Positions 63,145-64,000 of a stretch of DNA of 64,000 nt are shown here, one piece after another. The position numbers were made by a program, and so were the translations under genes. Source of the DNA: an uncultured Alphaproteobacteria bacterium (GTDB lineage Bacteria; Pseudomonadota; Alphaproteobacteria; Geminicoccales; Geminicoccaceae); assembly GCA_963798075.1 (NCBI GenBank), contig CAWCRU010000006.1, forward strand, positions 219,167 through 283,166. The letters run 5' to 3'. Within the stretch, counting starts at the first letter, position 1. Every line of letters begins with the position of its first letter. The notes under the pieces were generated by a model. That model ran no database searches, had not been told where the DNA came from, and worked only from the letters and a program-made list of their open reading frames with translations.

Positions 63145-64000
63145 CCCGAAGCCTCCGCCTCTGGCGCCACCACCACCTGGTGCGCGATCAGATCGTCGAT
63201 CTCGCCGGCCCCGTAGCCCAGCTCCTCGAGCACGGCGCGCGTGTCCTCGCCGAGCCGGAGCGCCAGGCGCCGGAGCGCCGGCACCTGGCCGTCGTAGCGC
63301 AGCGGATGATTGACGAGCGTCGCCGTGCCGCGGCCGACCGGCACCTCGCGAAAGACCTGATTGTGGCGGATCTGCGGGTCGTCCGGCAGCTCGTCGTAGC
63401 TTTGCACCCGCGCGTACCAGATCGCCTGCGCCTCGAGACCCGGCACCAGGTCGTCGTAGCGGCGCGGCGCCAGTTCCAGGGCCAGCGCCTCGGCGTAGCG
63501 GTCGCGCTCCTCGTAGCGGTCGAGCGCGGCCAGGGCGCCGCAGCCGCTCGCTGGCCAGCGCCTGCGCGAGCTTTTGCGGATCGTTCAGGGACACGGCCAC
63601 AAAGCCGTCGGCGATCCGGTAAACGCCGTAGGGCGCCTCGTGATACCAGGTCGCGAGATTGGGATTGCGCCGGAAGGCGTCGGCGGAGGCGCCACCGCTG
63701 AAATAGAGGGTCAGCGGCTCGGTCTGCAGATCGAGGCCGGCGTTCAGGAGGCTCGCGTCGACCCGCGTGCCGGAGCCCGTCTGCAGGCGGCGGACATAGG
63801 CGCCAAGGATGCCCATCGCGAGCAGCGCCGCGCCATGCTGATCGGCGGCGGCAAAGCCGATCGCGGTCGGACGTTCGTTGCCGGTCGCGGCGATCAGGCC
63901 GCTCAGCGCCTGGATCAACAGATCCTGGCCCGGCCGGCCGGCCATGGGGCCGCTCGGGCCATAGCCGGTAGCCGACGCGTAGATGATCTCGGGATGCCGG
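63141..64000 (-). pseudogene. family III CoA-transferase (CaiB/BaiF), 5' end beyond the window, one frame shift
   Basis: The reverse strand reads ...ATGYGPSGPMAGRPGQDLLIQALSGLIAATG... to ...LAQALASE. It then continues in another frame (ALAALDRYEERDRYAEAL...PGLEAQAIWYARVQ...), with the break at about 63530-63550. Confidence 0.8.

Overview
Very GC-rich (by eye well above 60% G+C, not computed), densely coding chromosomal segment. It looks alphaproteobacterial: DUF1127 genes, a Rhizobium-type glycerol ABC cluster with a DUF2160 protein, a ppx-rlmE pair, and a tandem glycine riboswitch ahead of gcvTHP. I can support about 60 protein genes, 2 tRNAs, 1 riboswitch, one short tandem repeat and a few hairpins or operator-like palindromes. 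Content is mainly metabolism, transport and signalling. Left to right: partial DEAD-box helicase; amino-acid SBP; DUF883/YqjE pair; SMP-30/HMG-CoA-lyase-like/CaiB operon; ECF sigma + RskA anti-sigma + two fasciclin genes; orphan amino-acid ABC ATPase; REC-GGDEF regulator; rlmE-ppx; gcvTHP; TRAP dctPQ; GH3 beta-glucosidase; type I secretion genes with an 880-aa RTX protein bracketed by two DUF1127 genes; OmpR regulator / di-haem cytochrome c peroxidase / hybrid kinase operon; GntR + sugar-type ABC + SDR + BKACE + two SMP-30 lactonases; glycerol ABC + glpD + DeoR regulator; GFA protein; SSS-domain hybrid kinase + LuxR regulator; Liv-type ABC transporter; SDR; tRNA-Lys and tRNA-Gly; MaoC hydratase + CoA-transferase. 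I saw no CRISPR array, transposase, integrase, phage module or recognisable defence genes, and I cannot point to a clearly novel system. The best candidates for follow-up are: (1) the DUF1127-bracketed RTX/T1SS module with a duplicated conserved leader; (2) the regulator/peroxidase/kinase operon; (3) the SigK/RskA-like sigma pair with paired fasciclin genes; (4) the BKACE-containing sugar-type cluster. Caveat: at least ten genes are broken by single-nucleotide frame shifts, and tRNA-Gly has an aberrant 8-nt T-loop. That points to uncorrected indel errors or, less likely, real pseudogenisation. Many long ORFs in the six-frame track are GC-driven antisense artefacts.
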